This document shows positions 1-13,354 of a stretch of DNA of 57,860 nucleotides, in pieces. The DNA is from Callorhinchus milii (lineage: Eukaryota). The notes beneath the pieces are model-generated. The model ran no database searches and was not told the origin of the DNA. It saw nothing but the letters and a program-made list of their open reading frames with translations. Position 1 is the first letter of the stretch, and every line of letters begins with the position of its first letter. The stretch is taken from contig NW_024704747.1 of NCBI RefSeq assembly GCF_018977255.1, positions 22,754,001 through 22,811,860 on the forward strand, written 5' to 3'. The position numbers and the translations under genes were made by a program.

Positions 1-290
1 GAACCTTGGAGAGTGGGGGTTGGGGGGGGGGGGGAGTTGGGGGGGGAGGGGGGGTGGGTTGGGGGGGAAGTGGGGTTGGGTGGGAGGGGGGCGTTGGGGG
101 GGGGGGGAAGTGGGGGTTGGGGGGGGAAGTGGGGGTTGGGGGGGAAGTGGGGTTGGGGGAGGGGGGTGGGTTGGGGGGGAAGTGGGGGGTGGGTTGGGGG
201 GGAGGGGGGGTGGGTTGGGGGGGGAGGGGGGTGGGTTGGGGGAGGGGGGGTTGGGGGGTGGAGGAAGGCGAGGGGGGGGGGCAGGAGGCA
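1..290. repeat. G-rich low-complexity tandem repeat (GGGGGTTGGGGGGG(AAGT) units), G-quadruplex-prone
   Basis: Runs of G separated by TT/AAGT/A are directly visible. Gly-rich ORFs here are artefacts. Confidence 0.9.
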
Positions 291-299
291 GATGTTGAA

Positions 300-745
300 A
301 CAAGGCACCGACCGTGTGGCTGTCAGGTCCCTCCCCGGGGTGAGAGCGGTGGTGGACAGCAGCTCTGAGCACCCACACTATGAGCAGCGCTGTGGGGGGG
401 ACACAGACAGACACGCGACCACATGAACGTCCAGAGGAGGGGAATCCCGGTCGGGAAGTCCCGCCCCCGTTCCGCGCGCTGGTGGTGGAGTGGGCGGGGC
501 GAGAGGAGGGGGTAACAATGGGGGGGAGGGGCCGCCTGCCGCCGATTGGCCGCGAGTGGACGCTGCCTCTGTCACTCACGTTGCGTCACAATGCAATGCT
601 TCCGCTCTCGCGCGCGCGCGCGGGGGGGGGCGGGGGGTTGAGGCGCTCAGTAACTTTGTAACAATCCCGTGGAACGCAGGCAATCCCCGGAGCTCCCGCC
701 GCCCTCCCGCCCCCCCCACTGGTAAGGCTGCAGCTGAGCTCACAC
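300..745. promoter_or_regulatory. CpG-island promoter of ORMDL1, probably bidirectional with PMS1
   Basis: CpG-rich. GC boxes at ~460 and ~492, CCAAT box (ATTGG 545-549), TTGCGTCA 581-588, (CG)n tract ~609-622. + strand donor CACTG|GTAAGG at 721/722 suggests non-coding ORMDL1 exon 1. Weak - strand donor ACG|GTCGGT at 313/312. PMS1 is inferred only from human synteny (PMS1 is head-to-head with ORMDL1); no PMS1 coding sequence is seen. Confidence 0.6.
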
Positions 746-759
746 ACACACACACATCT

Positions 760-1135
760 ACCCCCCACTCCACAACACCCCCCCCTCCACAACCCCCCCC
801 ACAACCCCCCCCCCACAACCCCCCCCCCAACAACCCCCCCTCCACATCCCCCCCCACAACCCCCCTCCACCCCCCCCCCCACAACCCCCCACAACCCCCC
901 CATCCACAAGCCCCCCCACCCCCCTCCACAACCCCCCCTCCACAACCCCCCCCACACCCCCCCTCCACAAGCTCCACAACCCCCCCCTCCACAACCCCCC
1001 CACCCCCCCTCCACAACCCCCCTTCCTCCACAACTCCCCCCCCCACAGCCCCCCCACCCCACCTCTACAACCCCCACTCCTCCTCCACAACCCCCCCCCT
1101 CCACCCTCCCTCTCCCCCCCCCCCACCCCCCATCT
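760..1135. repeat. C-rich low-complexity tandem repeat (CCACAACCCCCC units)
   Basis: Repeated CCACAACCCCCC(C)/CTCCACAACC units are directly visible. Confidence 0.9.
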
Positions 1136-1351
1136 CCAGTGGTAACCCTTTCGACTGTTGGATGCACCGCGGATTAGCCGTAAAACAGCCCTCTCTGGTT
1201 TGCTGCGTTGCGGGTCTCCCCCCCAACACCTCTCGCCTGTGGCCTAGTGAGTCAGTCAGTCAGTCAGTCAGTGCGGGACCAGGAGCTATACCTTAAATGG
1301 CGAACCTGGGCTTATGGTGCACACGTCGGGGTTCGGTTCAGCGTACTCTCT

Positions 1352-1482
1352 GGGAGGGGAGGGGAGGGGAGGGAGGGGTGGGGGAGAGGGGGAGGGGAGA
1401 AGGAAAGGAGGGGAGAGTGGAGGGGGAGAGGAGTGGAGGGGGAGGGTGGAGGAGGAGGGAGAGGGGAAAGGAGGGGGTGGAA
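1352..1482. repeat. Polypurine (G/A) low-complexity tract
   Basis: GGGAGGGGAGGGG... running into the assembly gap. Confidence 0.85.
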
Positions 1483-1788
1483 NNNNNNNNNNNNNNNNNN
1501 NNNNNNNNNNNNNNNNNNNNNNNNNNNNNNNNNNNNNNNNNNNNNNNNNNNNNNNNNNNNNNNNNNNNNNNNNNNNNNNNNNNNNNNNNNNNNNNNNNNN
1601 NNNNNNNNNNNNNNNNNNNNNNNNNNNNNNNNNNNNNNNNNNNNNNNNNNNNNNNNNNNNNNNNNNNNNNNNNNNNNNNNNNNNNNNNNNNNNNNNNNNN
1701 NNNNNNNNNNNNNNNNNNNNNNNNNNNNNNNNNNNNNNNNNNNNNNNNNNNNNNNNNNNNNNNNNNNNNNNNNNNNNNNNNNNNNNNN
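1483..1788. other. Assembly gap (N run)
   Basis: N bases. Confidence 1.
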
Positions 1789-2293
1789 TGACCAGCCTGT
1801 GGCTCACTGGCTTTGGCTCACGTTACGTGCTCTTACGTTGCAAATGTCAAACAATTCTTGATCGGAATCGACCTCTTCTGCAGAAAAAAACCCCTCCCCC
1901 CCCGAGTGTGTGTGTGTGTGTGTGTGGCCTCTGCACTTTGTACGGTTTGGAGCAGATTGCGACGGTTCACTAATCTGCAGATTAAGGAGAGCGATGCAAC
2001 AACACAGACAAAGGTGAAGCACTGGAAGTGCCACTGGTTCTCGATGCGGTGAAATGCAATGAAATATAGAGGAGGGGAGGAGGGGGGGAGGAAAAAAAAT
2101 CTTTTAACACGTCCAGGTCCTTTGTCCTGCTTTGTGGAGGTTGCCCACAAGATGCATTTTTTTTGTGTGTGTTTGTGTGTGTGTGGCTCTGAAACCTCTT
2201 TTCCCTTTGCACAATCCTTTGCATCTTTCTTAGAACTCGGATTAAAGCGATGGATCTGTTTGTTACCTTTTATGATCGATCGTTACCCACTGA

Positions 2294-2486
2294 ACTGCAG
2301 GAAAGTCGAAATGCCATCGGTAGTGGTATTGTTTTTTTTGATCCTTCTCCTGTTTTTGCACCATCACTCCCTCACCCTTTGCAGTAAGTGCAACTGCAGA
2401 AGAGTCGAAATGATATTTGTAGTGGTATTTTTTTTATTTTTCCTTTTTTGCACGATCACTCCCTCACCCTTTGCAGTAAGTGCAAC
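2294..2486 (+). repeat. Imperfect ~95-100 bp tandem duplication (2 copies)
   Basis: ACTGCAG..AGTCGAAATG..GTAGTGGTATT..GCAC(C/G)ATCACTCCCTCACCCTTTGCAGTAAGTGCAAC occurs twice in succession. Confidence 0.85.
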
Positions 2487-2747
2487 ATTGTATTAGATGT
2501 CTTGAGCAATACTTGTGTGTTTAATCAGCTTATTTTTAAGCCCTCGTCTTACGTAAAATATTTGGGTTCAATGTAAGTAACCACTTAATGCAATCCAGTC
2601 TTGAATAACTAGGTTAATATCTGGTTTTGCTATTAGTTGGGTTAGCTTTGTTATTCTTAGTTTTAACTTGGACTGACAAGGTTTAAGAAATATAACGGCC
2701 GTATAAAATTTACATAATTCAGCAAATATTTGCCATCGTTGTTCAAA

Positions 2748-3048
2748 TGGAGTGCTGGAGCTCCGTGGTTGGAGCGCTCGCCTCACAAGCGTTCGATTCC
2801 AGGCCAGGGCGAAAACCTTGGCCAAGTTTCCTTACTCCACACGCCTGGTAATAATCCTTCAAAAATAACAAAAGATTGGTCACTTTAATCCACGGCTGTG
2901 TGTGGGACGCTGCTGTGCGCAATTGGCTGCCGCGTTTCACCCACAAATATACAGTCAATTCACTTTACAGTCTGTTCTGTGAAGCGCTTTGAGAACGTCT
3001 AGAAGACGTGATAAGGCGCTATATCAAATGCAAGGATTATTATTATTA
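2748..3048 (+). mobile_element. tRNA-derived SINE, near full length (L2-type tail, (ATT)n end)
   Basis: Degenerate tRNA-like head (GTTCGATTCC B box), family body GCTGTGCGCAATTGGCTGCCGCGTTTC, tail GTGAAGCGCTTTGAG..CGCTATATCAAATGCAAGGATTATTATT. Confidence 0.9.
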
Positions 3049-3964
3049 TAAACGCAACATTTTGAAACCAGTGACCAGCAAAACTAGCTACTCGTTTCAT
3101 AAATTAGCACATTGCCTCTTCCCTGCAATATAATTTCCTGCAGGCTCAAATTGTAATCTTAAGTACAGAAAAATTGGGGGATCTACTCTACATTTACTCA
3201 AGTGCGGTATAATTTAAAAGACTTGGGTTAATTCATAACAGCTGCATTCAGTGAGATTGCAACAGTGAGAATGACTCACAAGCTTGTCCATCCACGGGAA
3301 AATTGGAAAGCGGTAAGAGTCCATTATTTACTGTAGATATAGCTTGTCACCTCTCTGGTTAATCAGTGACCTGGTCGAAATTAACATTTTATTAATCTTA
3401 GGTGTACTGTAATTGTGTATGGTGACCACTCAGAAATAGTTCTTGGTACAAGGAATATTACTAGAGTGTTGATTATAAGCAACAATTTGTAACCAACAAC
3501 TTGTTTTCCCCTCTCCAACGTCGTTTTTTTTTAAACTTGCTGACACGACTTGGCTCAGCCTTCTAAGAAAGAAAATGCCTGTGAACTTTCAGTGCTGATG
3601 GTCTGATATTGCCATGATCAATCCACCTTGTCATCTCTCTGGATAGTATGCAAGGATTGTGCATTTTTTTTGGAGGGGGAGGGGAGAAGGGAATGATGGA
3701 TTTCAGCTGATCTTTGCCTTTTGAGGACATGGTTCTTGAATTATTTCCTACCTTCCCTCTGTATTGATTTACAAAGGGCACACATTAATGTAAATACTTT
3801 AGTTGAGTCGATCTATTTCAAGCCTTAGACTGAAGAGATTTGCCTGAAGATAATCCAGTTAGTGTTTCTTATGTTGTCCTGTTGCTGCACTTAAACTTTC
3901 ACTGCTAAAATGTTTTCCTACAGTTTGGACTCTGCACGTGGTTTCTTGTTCTGTTACGAGTGAA

Positions 3965-4120
3965 TCCCTTGACTCCTTCAAGGTCCATCTGAATACACTC
4001 CTATTCAGCCGTGTCTTCGGTCACCTCCCAACCCTCCCCGCTCTCGACCCCTCCTGGTCCCAACCAGCAATTTGGGTGCGGATAGTGAAAGGCGCTATAC
4101 AAATGGAATTTGTTGTTGAA
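3965..4120 (+). mobile_element. LINE L2 3'-end fragment
   Basis: CTCCTTCAAGG..GTGAAAGGCGCTATACAAATG..TTGTTGTTG matches the 3' end of the L2 copy at 17470-18100. Confidence 0.6.
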
Positions 4121-4673
4121 TAATGCAGTTAAATTCTCCAGATTACTACGCAGTTGTTAAAGTAAACCAAGAAAGTTCTTGAATTGAATACTTTCAGATA
4201 CTAATGTATCAGAAATGGTATTTGAGGGAGAATCCATAATTGCTTTTTAAAAAGATTTGGATAAATATATGAAAAAGAAACATTTTAAAAAGGTGATTAG
4301 GTCTGAATGGCTACGACTTTCAGAAAACTAGTACTGACATGATTAACTGAATGCCTCATTCTGTCCTATAAAATTCTATGGTTGAATCATAGAGGCTGCT
4401 ATAATTCTAGATCCTTCCTTTCTCTCTTGTCTTCCCGCGAATACCTGTTAAGTAAAACACTGTTATGTTTATGGAAACTCTTGCTGTGCTGTTGCAGTTA
4501 TGAACTTGTTCAAAGATATTTAGCTATCTCTTCAATGTTGCAAGTGAAATATGGTTCGGAGTAGTCATTCTCTACCAGTTCACTGATCTGTGGTCTTTTG
4601 CCCTGAATTCAAAGCGCAAAATGTGATTTGTTTTTTAATCTTGGCTTTTCCTCATCTCTTTCTAGACGGAAAG

Positions 4674-7600
4674 ATGAACGTCGGAGTGGCACACAGTGAA
4701 GTCAATCCCAACACAAGAGTAATGAACAGCCGTGGAATATGGCTCACGTATGCACTTGGAGTTGGGATGCTTCACATAGTACTTCTCAGTATCCCCTTCT
4801 TCACAGTTCCGGTTGTGTGGACGTTAACAAATGTGATCCACAACTTGGTGAGTATTTGGTCTTCAATTGTCGACTGCTATTTATGAAGCCATTAGAAAGA
4901 GTTTGGGATTTCAAACCTTTGGGTTTTTTCAAATGCTGAATGCTTTGCATTTTACTGTAGGGCCCAAAGCAGTTTTCTTTTGACCCATTTACTGTGCCAT
5001 GAAGAGCAGCCCCAGAGTCAATGGCAAAGAAGCTGTTGCAAGTGCTGATTAAAGCAGTGGTGATGGTATTCATTGATGCACTGCTTTTAAAACAAAAACA
5101 CTCCACCATCATAAGACGTAGAGGTGACTGTCTGTACACTGCAAAGGGCCTGAACTGCTCAATTCTAACCTACATCGACCAGTAAAACTGTTTTGCCGGT
5201 GCTGGTCTGTACGTGGTCCTTCAAGCCTTTGATTAAAGCAGTGATCCCTTGCCGGCACACAATTGATTAACAATAAACACACAATTGATTAACGGTAGAC
5301 AAGATTCTTTATAAACTGCAATAGAAATAGTGCAGCTTCTACAGCCCTAGATATTTACATCTGCACTGAAGCGAATCGATCCTGAATATCAATGCAGCAA
5401 AAATTGGGTGTGTAATCTGATTAGATATTTAATCACCACTATGTTAAGCTTGTAAATCATTTCAAGCAGATGCTGTACACTGGAGTTTCAAGGCAGAAAC
5501 TGTGGTTGTACTGTGACTATGCACATGATTTACTTAGGCCTTTCTTGTATACCAGAATATGGAGAAGAAACTATAACAGCCTTGCAGAGATAGTGAAATA
5601 TCCAAACTAGTTACCTGTAGGAACCTGTCACCTGAAAAACCTGAGAGAGTTAGTAAGCCTCAACAGAAAAGTAATGGTGTTGAGTTGTCACTATCATTCT
5701 GCTCAGGGATCACTTTTCTTTTAACAATTCATGAGTTAAACAGAAAACCGAATCTTTAACAAGTGGTTCCTGTTGGCTTCTTATAGAGATGACTTCATCC
5801 TGGGAAGGGGAAATGACCCCACATGAANTTTTTTTGTGCAATTGCTTAGGATCTAAATTGGTGCAGTGGGATAATTCATTAACATTGCCAGTCCTGAGGT
5901 TAAAATGCGTTAATGATGATAATTCTCACACACAAAACAAAGGTTTCGCATTCCATCCCAAAGCTTGTTTTGTTTTAAGGATTTTTTAAAAAATTGCTGC
6001 ACTGAGATAGAAAGCTGGGATTGGAGCCATAGATGAAAAGGTGGCAATAGATGGGAAGGTTATGAAATGTTAATGGGAATAAAGAAAACTGTTGGTGATG
6101 ATTTTAAAATCCTAAACATACCAGATGGAAAGTAAGTTATGGACTGTTGTGCTTGTGTGATGTCTGAAAGATGTTTAGTTTTAACACTTCCAAGGTGGTG
6201 CATTTCTCTGGAATGGTTGGTTTTCATATTGAGCACGTGCCCACAGTGCTATTCCAGTCAATTCAGGTTACAATATATTCTGTGAAGCAATTTGAGACGT
6301 CTCAATGACTGATAAGGTGTTATATCAAATGCAAAGATGAGCAAAAATGTAGAGAATAATAATCAAGTTGAAAGATACCACTTTATTTTTTAAAAAATTA
6401 TAAATTATGTCAACGAGTTTGCTTTTCCTCCTAAAACATTAATTTCACAGCTACTGTGGGGAACTAACAACAGGCTTGATATTTTCTTTCTCATTGCATC
6501 TCAAGTTTTTCCTCCAAATGTTACAGATCTGCTTGTGAAAATTGCTAATATAGTTGTAAATTGGTTTAGGGAGTTTTTTTTTGTATTGACTATATCCTCT
6601 TATCATTTTTATCTGCAGGGAATGTATGTGTTCTTGCATGCAGTTAAAGGGACACCTTTCGAAACCCCTGACCAGGGCAAAGCTAGACTTTTGACACACT
6701 GGGAACAGTTGGATTATGGAGTCCAGTTTACATCCTCCAGAAAATTCCTTACCATCTCACCCATTATTCTGTAAGAATAAATTGTTTCTGTTTTCTATCA
6801 TCAGTTTGCTGTAACTTACTACAATTTACTATGTTGTGAAGTGATTTACCGTAGCTTGTACCCATTTGCAAAACTGCCATAAGGACTCCGGAGGCAAGTT
6901 ACTGCACTGAGGCAAGTGGCATTCGTAAAAGTGTAGAAATAGATCACCGGCTTCCTCACTATCTCATACGTGACTGTGGTGTGTGTGTTGTAGGGATATT
7001 CTGAGGTTTGAGCACATAAAGAGGGTTTAGGAGCCTTACTGCTTTACAAAGCAAACAACAACAAATTGCATTTAGATAGCGCCTTTCATGTCGGGATGAC
7101 GTCCCAAGGCATCCCAAGGGTTTGCACGCGAGCTGGGGGTTGGAATTAAGACGGGTGGGGAAACGGGGATGGGGGTGGGAGGATGACTGAAGGCACGGTC
7201 AAAGAGGAAGGTCTTGAGACGGGCCTTGAATAAGGCAAGGGAGTGGGCAAGGCAAAGGGATGGAGGTCCGTGGGTGCAGAAAGGCTGAAGGTCTGACCGC
7301 CAATGGAGAGGGTCATAGAGGTAGAGAGGAGCAAGATCGTGGAGGGCTCTGACAAGTGAGGACAAGGATCAGCAGCCCCTTAATAATATTCGCGGCCACT
7401 TGATGTCACGCATTTTTATATATAACACACTCTCGCACACATTTAATAGGATTTTTTGATTGATTGTCTTCTCGCAAAGCTTGTGTATCATACACACGTG
7501 AGGGCAGTTTCAGGACAAATGCAGGTCATTTGCAAATGCTTCAGAATGCACGCCATAAAGATCTTTGTTAAATAGTGTTGGTTTCAAAGAAAGTGCTTTG

Positions 7601-7786
7601 CATCTTTTATAATTGTTTGAATTTGCTAAATATAATTTTTATTCTTGCAGGTATTTCCTGGCCAGTTTTTACACTAAATATGATCCGACACATTTTATCG
7701 TCAATACAGCATCTCTCTTGACTGTGTTGATTCCCAAGCTGCCTCAACTGCATGGAGTTCGAATCTTTGGAATCAATAAATACTAA
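4674..7786 (+). CDS. ORMDL1: ORM1-like protein 1 (serine palmitoyltransferase regulator), 153 aa; exons 4674-4847, 6619-6770, 7651-7786
   Basis: [21 protein letters not shown]...[33 protein letters not shown]...[21 protein letters not shown] introns; 174+152+136=462 nt. The VGVAHSE start and synteny with OSGEPL1 indicate ORMDL1 rather than ORMDL2/3. Confidence 0.96.
7052..7370 (-). mobile_element. LINE L2 3' fragment
   Basis: The reverse strand reads as degenerate L2 RT C-terminus (..[20 protein letters not shown]), a pyrimidine-rich UTR and CTTGGGACGTCATCCCGACATGAAAGGCGCTAT..TTGTTG. Confidence 0.8.
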
Positions 7787-10700
7787 TTTGGAAGACATCA
7801 CAGCTAAACTCTCATGGTCCAAATGTTTTAGCTAGCTTTATGTTACTGGGAAGACAAAACTGGTAATCTACTGTCCTGTTAACTGTAACTGGGGTGTACC
7901 GAGCAGTCTATATTTTAATGCCATTTTCATTGTTTAGTATCCATTTCAAAATGCATTTGTATGTTGATTTGTTTTTAAAGGAGACGACTAATGGAATCTG
8001 GTAATTGGAGCAGGTAGATATGCTAAATACTGTTAAAGCTTCCCATAAGAAACTGGGCAGGCCCAGCTCTGAAATTGGAACTCGCTTCATTGTACTGAAG
8101 AAATTGTCAAACGTGGCTTTAAGACTGGCACGAGTGTATTATTACAGAAGGATGTTGAGTGGAATTGCAGTGACTTTGGACACTTAAGGACATTGAAAAG
8201 CGTTTTTGCTTACTACATGAGGTACAGAAGAATGAAGCAACACCCATCAGTGCAAGATGGAAGGCAGTTTTGAGTTTTATACATGAAGATTTGTTGCTTT
8301 GGGTGTTGAGTATATGTGTACTGTTACTTTTCTGTTTTCCAATATGGATTAAGTAAATTAAGGTACAGGATGGGATTTTGTGGAAAATCATAACCTAAAT
8401 GCTACTTATTTCATTCAAGCTAATGTAACCCATTTGTATGAGTTACACTAGCGAGATTTATATATGGCTTCCCTTTTATCAAGCAACTATAAATGTGGGT
8501 TTAATTGGTGGAACATTTAGTTGCTTGGGAAAATGTAGTAGATACAAGCTGCTGTCCTAGTAATGTTTTATTCTAAGAAAACAGTGAACCTGCTTGATGA
8601 CATGAGTAACACAGTTGCAAATTTGTTACAATTGTGTTGTACACAAATGGTATTGCAATGGACAACTTGCTTTATATTTATAGCATGTTTTGTTGCTGTA
8701 AGAAAACAATATTTTATAATGGTATTTCAGAACAAGTGGCACAAAGTAGCATTGGTGGATGGGGTAGTGCTACAATTGGGTCCTACCTGAGAAGAATTCT
8801 TTTTAAAAAGAAAAGTGTATGGTCGGTACCTTTGGTTTCTCATCTCCTCCGTACCTTTGAGATACAGTATTTGGGTGTAGGTTAGTGGGTTGAATGACGA
8901 ATGACTTGACTTGTGATCTTTATTGATCTCCCCTACCCCCCCCCACCCCACTCTCGGTATGGTGAATTTGGTGGGAGCCTTGGAATATTTACTTGCCCTC
9001 TCAGCTCCTTTTACTATATTTATATATAAATATATTTAGTGTATCTGTGTATCTCACACTATACATAGAGTAAGAAAAATAGACAATTTGTGTGACCGAC
9101 GGGTGTTAACCTTGGTTTTTACCAACCCATCATAACCACAAGGGCAGAAGGAAGGGACACTCCTCATCAGTTTGTGCAGGTTAGCAGAGGCACAAATGTT
9201 AGTTGAGTCAACATTCTGTATTATAATATAGTAGTTCACCAAAGAAAAAAACAAAAGGCCAATGGACCAGAAATGTGTTATGAGTTTAAGTTCTTTACAT
9301 ATTCTTTAGATGTTTATTTTTGTGAAATGTATATAGATTTGAGTAGACGTAGCATTATTATTGGTCAAAGGTCATACAAATTAACTTTTTTTTAAAAAAA
9401 ACTAGAGACAATGAGTTTATTTGGTATAGTGGGTATTTCAAAATAATTTGTATATTCCTTCTATATGCAACTAAAAAAAAACAACTTTGGGGAAGTTGAT
9501 TCTTTCCACGATAAACCTATTTTGACCTTAGAAATAACATGGCCTTTATTCCACAAAATTGCTTCAATCAATGGGCAAAAAACAATGTTGTACTCTAAAA
9601 GCTTGTCTAACTGAATTGTGTTTGTCTTCATTAAAATCAAAAGAACTTCAGGACTCGCTTAAATGTAGTCGAGCCGGAATACCAAGATTTAAAAATGTAT
9701 GTTCTCTTGTCACTCGTGTTTCTTCCATTTTACTTTCTGTTTCCCATATCGTGTTTGCTTCTCGTTTCCACACCCAGGATGGTATTTGTCGTCGCATTCT
9801 TTTAAAAAGAGCTTCAGAAGTTTAAGCTACAATCTTATTGATATGTACATAATGTTATGTACATAATGTTGCAAATGCATCCCTGATTTTCTACAGCATA
9901 TTCCAGTTTACAATATGCTCATGTTAACTGTTACAACTGTTACTCCCTATTCCTGAACAATCTTAACCATGTGCTACATGTGACAAGATTGCTCAAGGCA
10001 TAAGAGACACTGCAAGTCCGATTATAGATGAGAAATCTTGGCCAGCAAACACTTAACACTGTCAGCGTGATGCAATACATTTGAATTTGTGATGCTACAA
10101 GATATGGCTCATGAGATTCCACTGATGTTTACTATTCATTATCTTGGGTAGCTGTAACGGCAGTAGGTCATTGGTTATCAGTTTAAATGGAGGAATCCGT
10201 GCATTCACCAGTGGGGGGGAGTTTTAAATATCTTAGTGCGTTGGGCCAGAGAAGAAACATGGCTGGTAAACATTCCTTATTTTAGAACTTAAATCCCCTC
10301 CCAGCCTACAAGAGTGGAAGCGCTGATGAGGAATTAGCTGCCAGACCTCGACCATGATTGATTAAAGTGGTGCAGGCCTGTTCTTTATCTCCACCTCCAA
10401 AAACATCCCTCTGCATATTCCATCTGTGATGGATGGTTTGTATTAACTGCCTAATAACAATCCCAAGTATCAAGGCAATCTCTTAACTTGTGCCTCCCAC
10501 CAGGTAGCTCAATGCGGCAGAAATCCAAGGGTCATCTTGTATATAACACTAGTGCCATTTGCTCCTTCATCGAATTATGTCCAGGATATTTCTCTGCATC
10601 ACTTCTGAGAGAAAAAGCTCCCAACACTAGCAATTTATTCCATCGTTTGTTTTTTTAAAAATCTAGTTTATTTTTAGCTAGTCCAATAAACAAGATTAAA

Positions 10701-12359
10701 TAAAAACATCTAATACATATCTAAAAAGAGTAAATTATCCCTTACGTATTCTGTACCGAATACAGGAACCGAAATCCAGCGGGTTTACAAACTGCCATTC
10801 ATGCCTTGTATAGAAAGGCATTCCAGGCACAGCAATAAGTATAAAGTTGGAATAACATCAAATGTTCCTTCTAATAATGAGCAAATTTAACTTGGTGCAA
10901 AACATTGCTTACAAACAGAAGCAGAAATTAATTAGATAATTAATTTGAAATGTAATCAGTTTGGTTGCAGTTCGCTCAAAACATTTTTGCTGAGCATAAT
11001 CCTCAATTCAGCAATTCAAATCCTGTATTTTCAAATCCACTCTGATAATCTACATTTTGCAGAAATCCTGACCTTAAGCACAGAGTGGCCATTCTTCACA
11101 AATTAGGTGTTTATCAGCATGCTGCTTTGCTCATGTGGACAATGAGAAAACATATCACTGTGAATGTAAATGACCTTTGCTTCTGTCTATTGCAACTTGC
11201 AATGCCTTTCATGTAAAAGAACATCTCAAAAGTGCTCAACCTTTGAATCTAAAGGTGTTGTTCATGTGGTTTTAGTTGGTTAAACTCCAGCAGTACCCCA
11301 ACGTACATTCTGAGTCCCCAAGCCTTGGCCCTCATCAACCTGTGCCAAATAAGCTCCTGGTGATGCATTCCATTCTAGATGAAGGTAAATTTCTGTGCGT
11401 ATGTTGCATGCATATGCAGAAGTCCATCTAGTTAGGATACTCTTGAAAACACTGATGGGTTTTCCCATGTATCACACCAAACAAAATCTAATCATCCTAT
11501 TTCATCCATTCCCCTCAGTATTATTCATTATTCAACAGATTTTGCTGTGGGGAAAAGAAGAAATAAATTTATTCTGAACCACACTATCTTCATATCCTGC
11601 TGAATTTGTCATACTTCAGGCAGTTGGAAATATTAATGCTGCTGTATTCCAAGTGCTGCGAGTAAATTGTGCCTTGTCAGATAGTTTAAAGTATTGGACT
11701 ATTTCGATATGGATGTGTTCGTACAATAATTTAGTCACAAAACAAATGTTCTGCTTGATTTCCTCACAAAACAAAATAATTATGCAATGTAATGCCGACA
11801 AATTACTAGTAGTAACATAGAACCGGGTCTTGCGAAATGATCAGCATAAAATCCTCAGTTTGCAGTCGCTTTGAAATTCAACATTAATACCTCTCTTATG
11901 TCCTGACCTCCCTTTAATTTGTGACACTCATTGCACTCAAATGATTTCAGCTGAGAGGGCAGAAAAATCTGGGCAACATCCTTTATTAAACAGCCATAAA
12001 TGTCATTCTATAATTGACACCTGAGTCAGGGTCAAGTACAGCAAGTCTGACAATGCCAATTTCCCCTCAAGGCCATTTCCATGATGGGTGTCCTAATTTC
12101 TGTGCATAAGCCGAGTTAACAGTAGAAAGCTCTCGCATTGCAGAGAAGCAACATTGTCACCAGAGACAGCCTGATGTGAAATGTGGTAGTCTTTGATATG
12201 CCCGTGGATCTGATCGATATCCCTAAGATGCGACAATGATTTTTGTTATTGAGTTTGTTGTTCAGGCTCTTAGTCATTTAATATGTCTTACCTATTTTAA
12301 AGAAAACAACTGCTTTGGTTAAGATTACGCTCTAATGCTGATTTTCTAGTATTTTAGGA

Positions 12360-12530
12360 TGTCCGTGTGGCTCAGTTGGAATTGCTCCTCCCTCACTTCT
12401 GGGTTAGAAGGTTGTGAGCTCACAGCCCAAAATTGGGTTTTGGGATTAATAGTCTAGACTGACAGTCCAGTGAAATGTCTAGTGAGTGCTGAATTATCAG
12501 AGGTGCGTCCATCGACTTTTGGGATAGAGA
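12360..12530 (+). mobile_element. Old DeuSINE-type SINE 5' fragment
   Basis: GCTCAGTTGG..AGAAGGTTGTG..TCTAGACTGAC..GTGCTG..TCAGAGGTGC is homologous to the element at 30080-30480. Confidence 0.55.
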
Positions 12531-12575
12531 AAAGATCTCTCTTTTGTGCCTATTTTAGAATTCCTTAGAATATTT

Positions 12576-12886
12576 GTGGAGTTCTGTAGCTCAGTAGTTA
12601 AAGCACTCGCCACTCAAGGGAGAGACCTGGGTTTGATTCCCAATAGGGTGAAACCTTGGGCAAGTTTCTTTACTCTACACGCCTAATAATAATCCCTCAA
12701 GAAAAAAAAATAATAAATTGGTCACTTCAATCCACGACTGTTTGTGGGACATTGCTGTGCGCAATTGGCTGCCGCGTTTCGCCCACAAATATACAGTCAA
12801 TTCACTTTACAGTATGCTCTGTGAAGCGCTTTAAGACGTCTAGAAGACGTGAAAAGCACTATATCAAATGCAAGGATTATTATTAA
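12576..12886 (+). mobile_element. tRNA-derived SINE, full length
   Basis: GTGGAGTTCTGTAGCTCAGTAGTTAAAGCACTCG head with A/B boxes, family body and (ATT)n tail. Confidence 0.92.
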
Positions 12887-13354
12887 TATTATTAATTCCT
12901 GTTCCATTATATTCATACCTTTAGACTGAACTTGTTGCTGTTCCGTCTGTAACCGAGAATACACACTGTCTAAGGATTGTTCAAATTGAAGTGCAGACTG
13001 CTTACCTTTTTGTTAGAAAAGGAAAAGCATCACACGTCCCTTACACTCGGAATATTTTTACCTTAGCAACTCCAGTTTAATGAAGATTAATATCAACATC
13101 TAGCTTACATATCAGAACTATTGCAGACAATATTAATGTTTTCTTTAACAAAAACATGCAGAGTGTGGATATAAAGGATACTGTAGTAGGTCTTTATTAA
13201 AAAATTTTAGTAAAAGGATAATGGTGAACGTTTATGGCCCATTCAAAATAAAATAATGTTTAAAATAAAAATACATTTTAAAATTACATTTGTATTCAAA
13301 CTAAATTTCGTTCCACTTTTGGAAACCAGTTCAACTGAAATAGCTGCTTACAGT

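Noticed and set aside
545-556. ATTGGCCGCG, and CCAATCGACCACG at ~46734, as ER-stress elements
   Set aside because: The spacing matches neither ERSE (CCAAT-N9-CCACG) nor ERSE-II (ATTGG-N-CCACG).
6-1973. Long Gly-rich or Pro-rich ORFs in all frames
   Set aside because: They arise from G/C low-complexity repeats and an N gap, with no protein features.
9650-10122. Short - strand ORFs with exon-like composition
   Set aside because: No consistent splice path or recognisable protein.
12285-13030. Two - strand pyrimidine-tract AG|GTAAG motifs (12292/12291 and 13006/13005) resembling recursive splice sites
   Set aside because: They lie downstream of the ADAT3 polyA signal and no long host intron is established. 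Vertebrate recursive sites occur in very long introns, so these are unsupported without RNA data.
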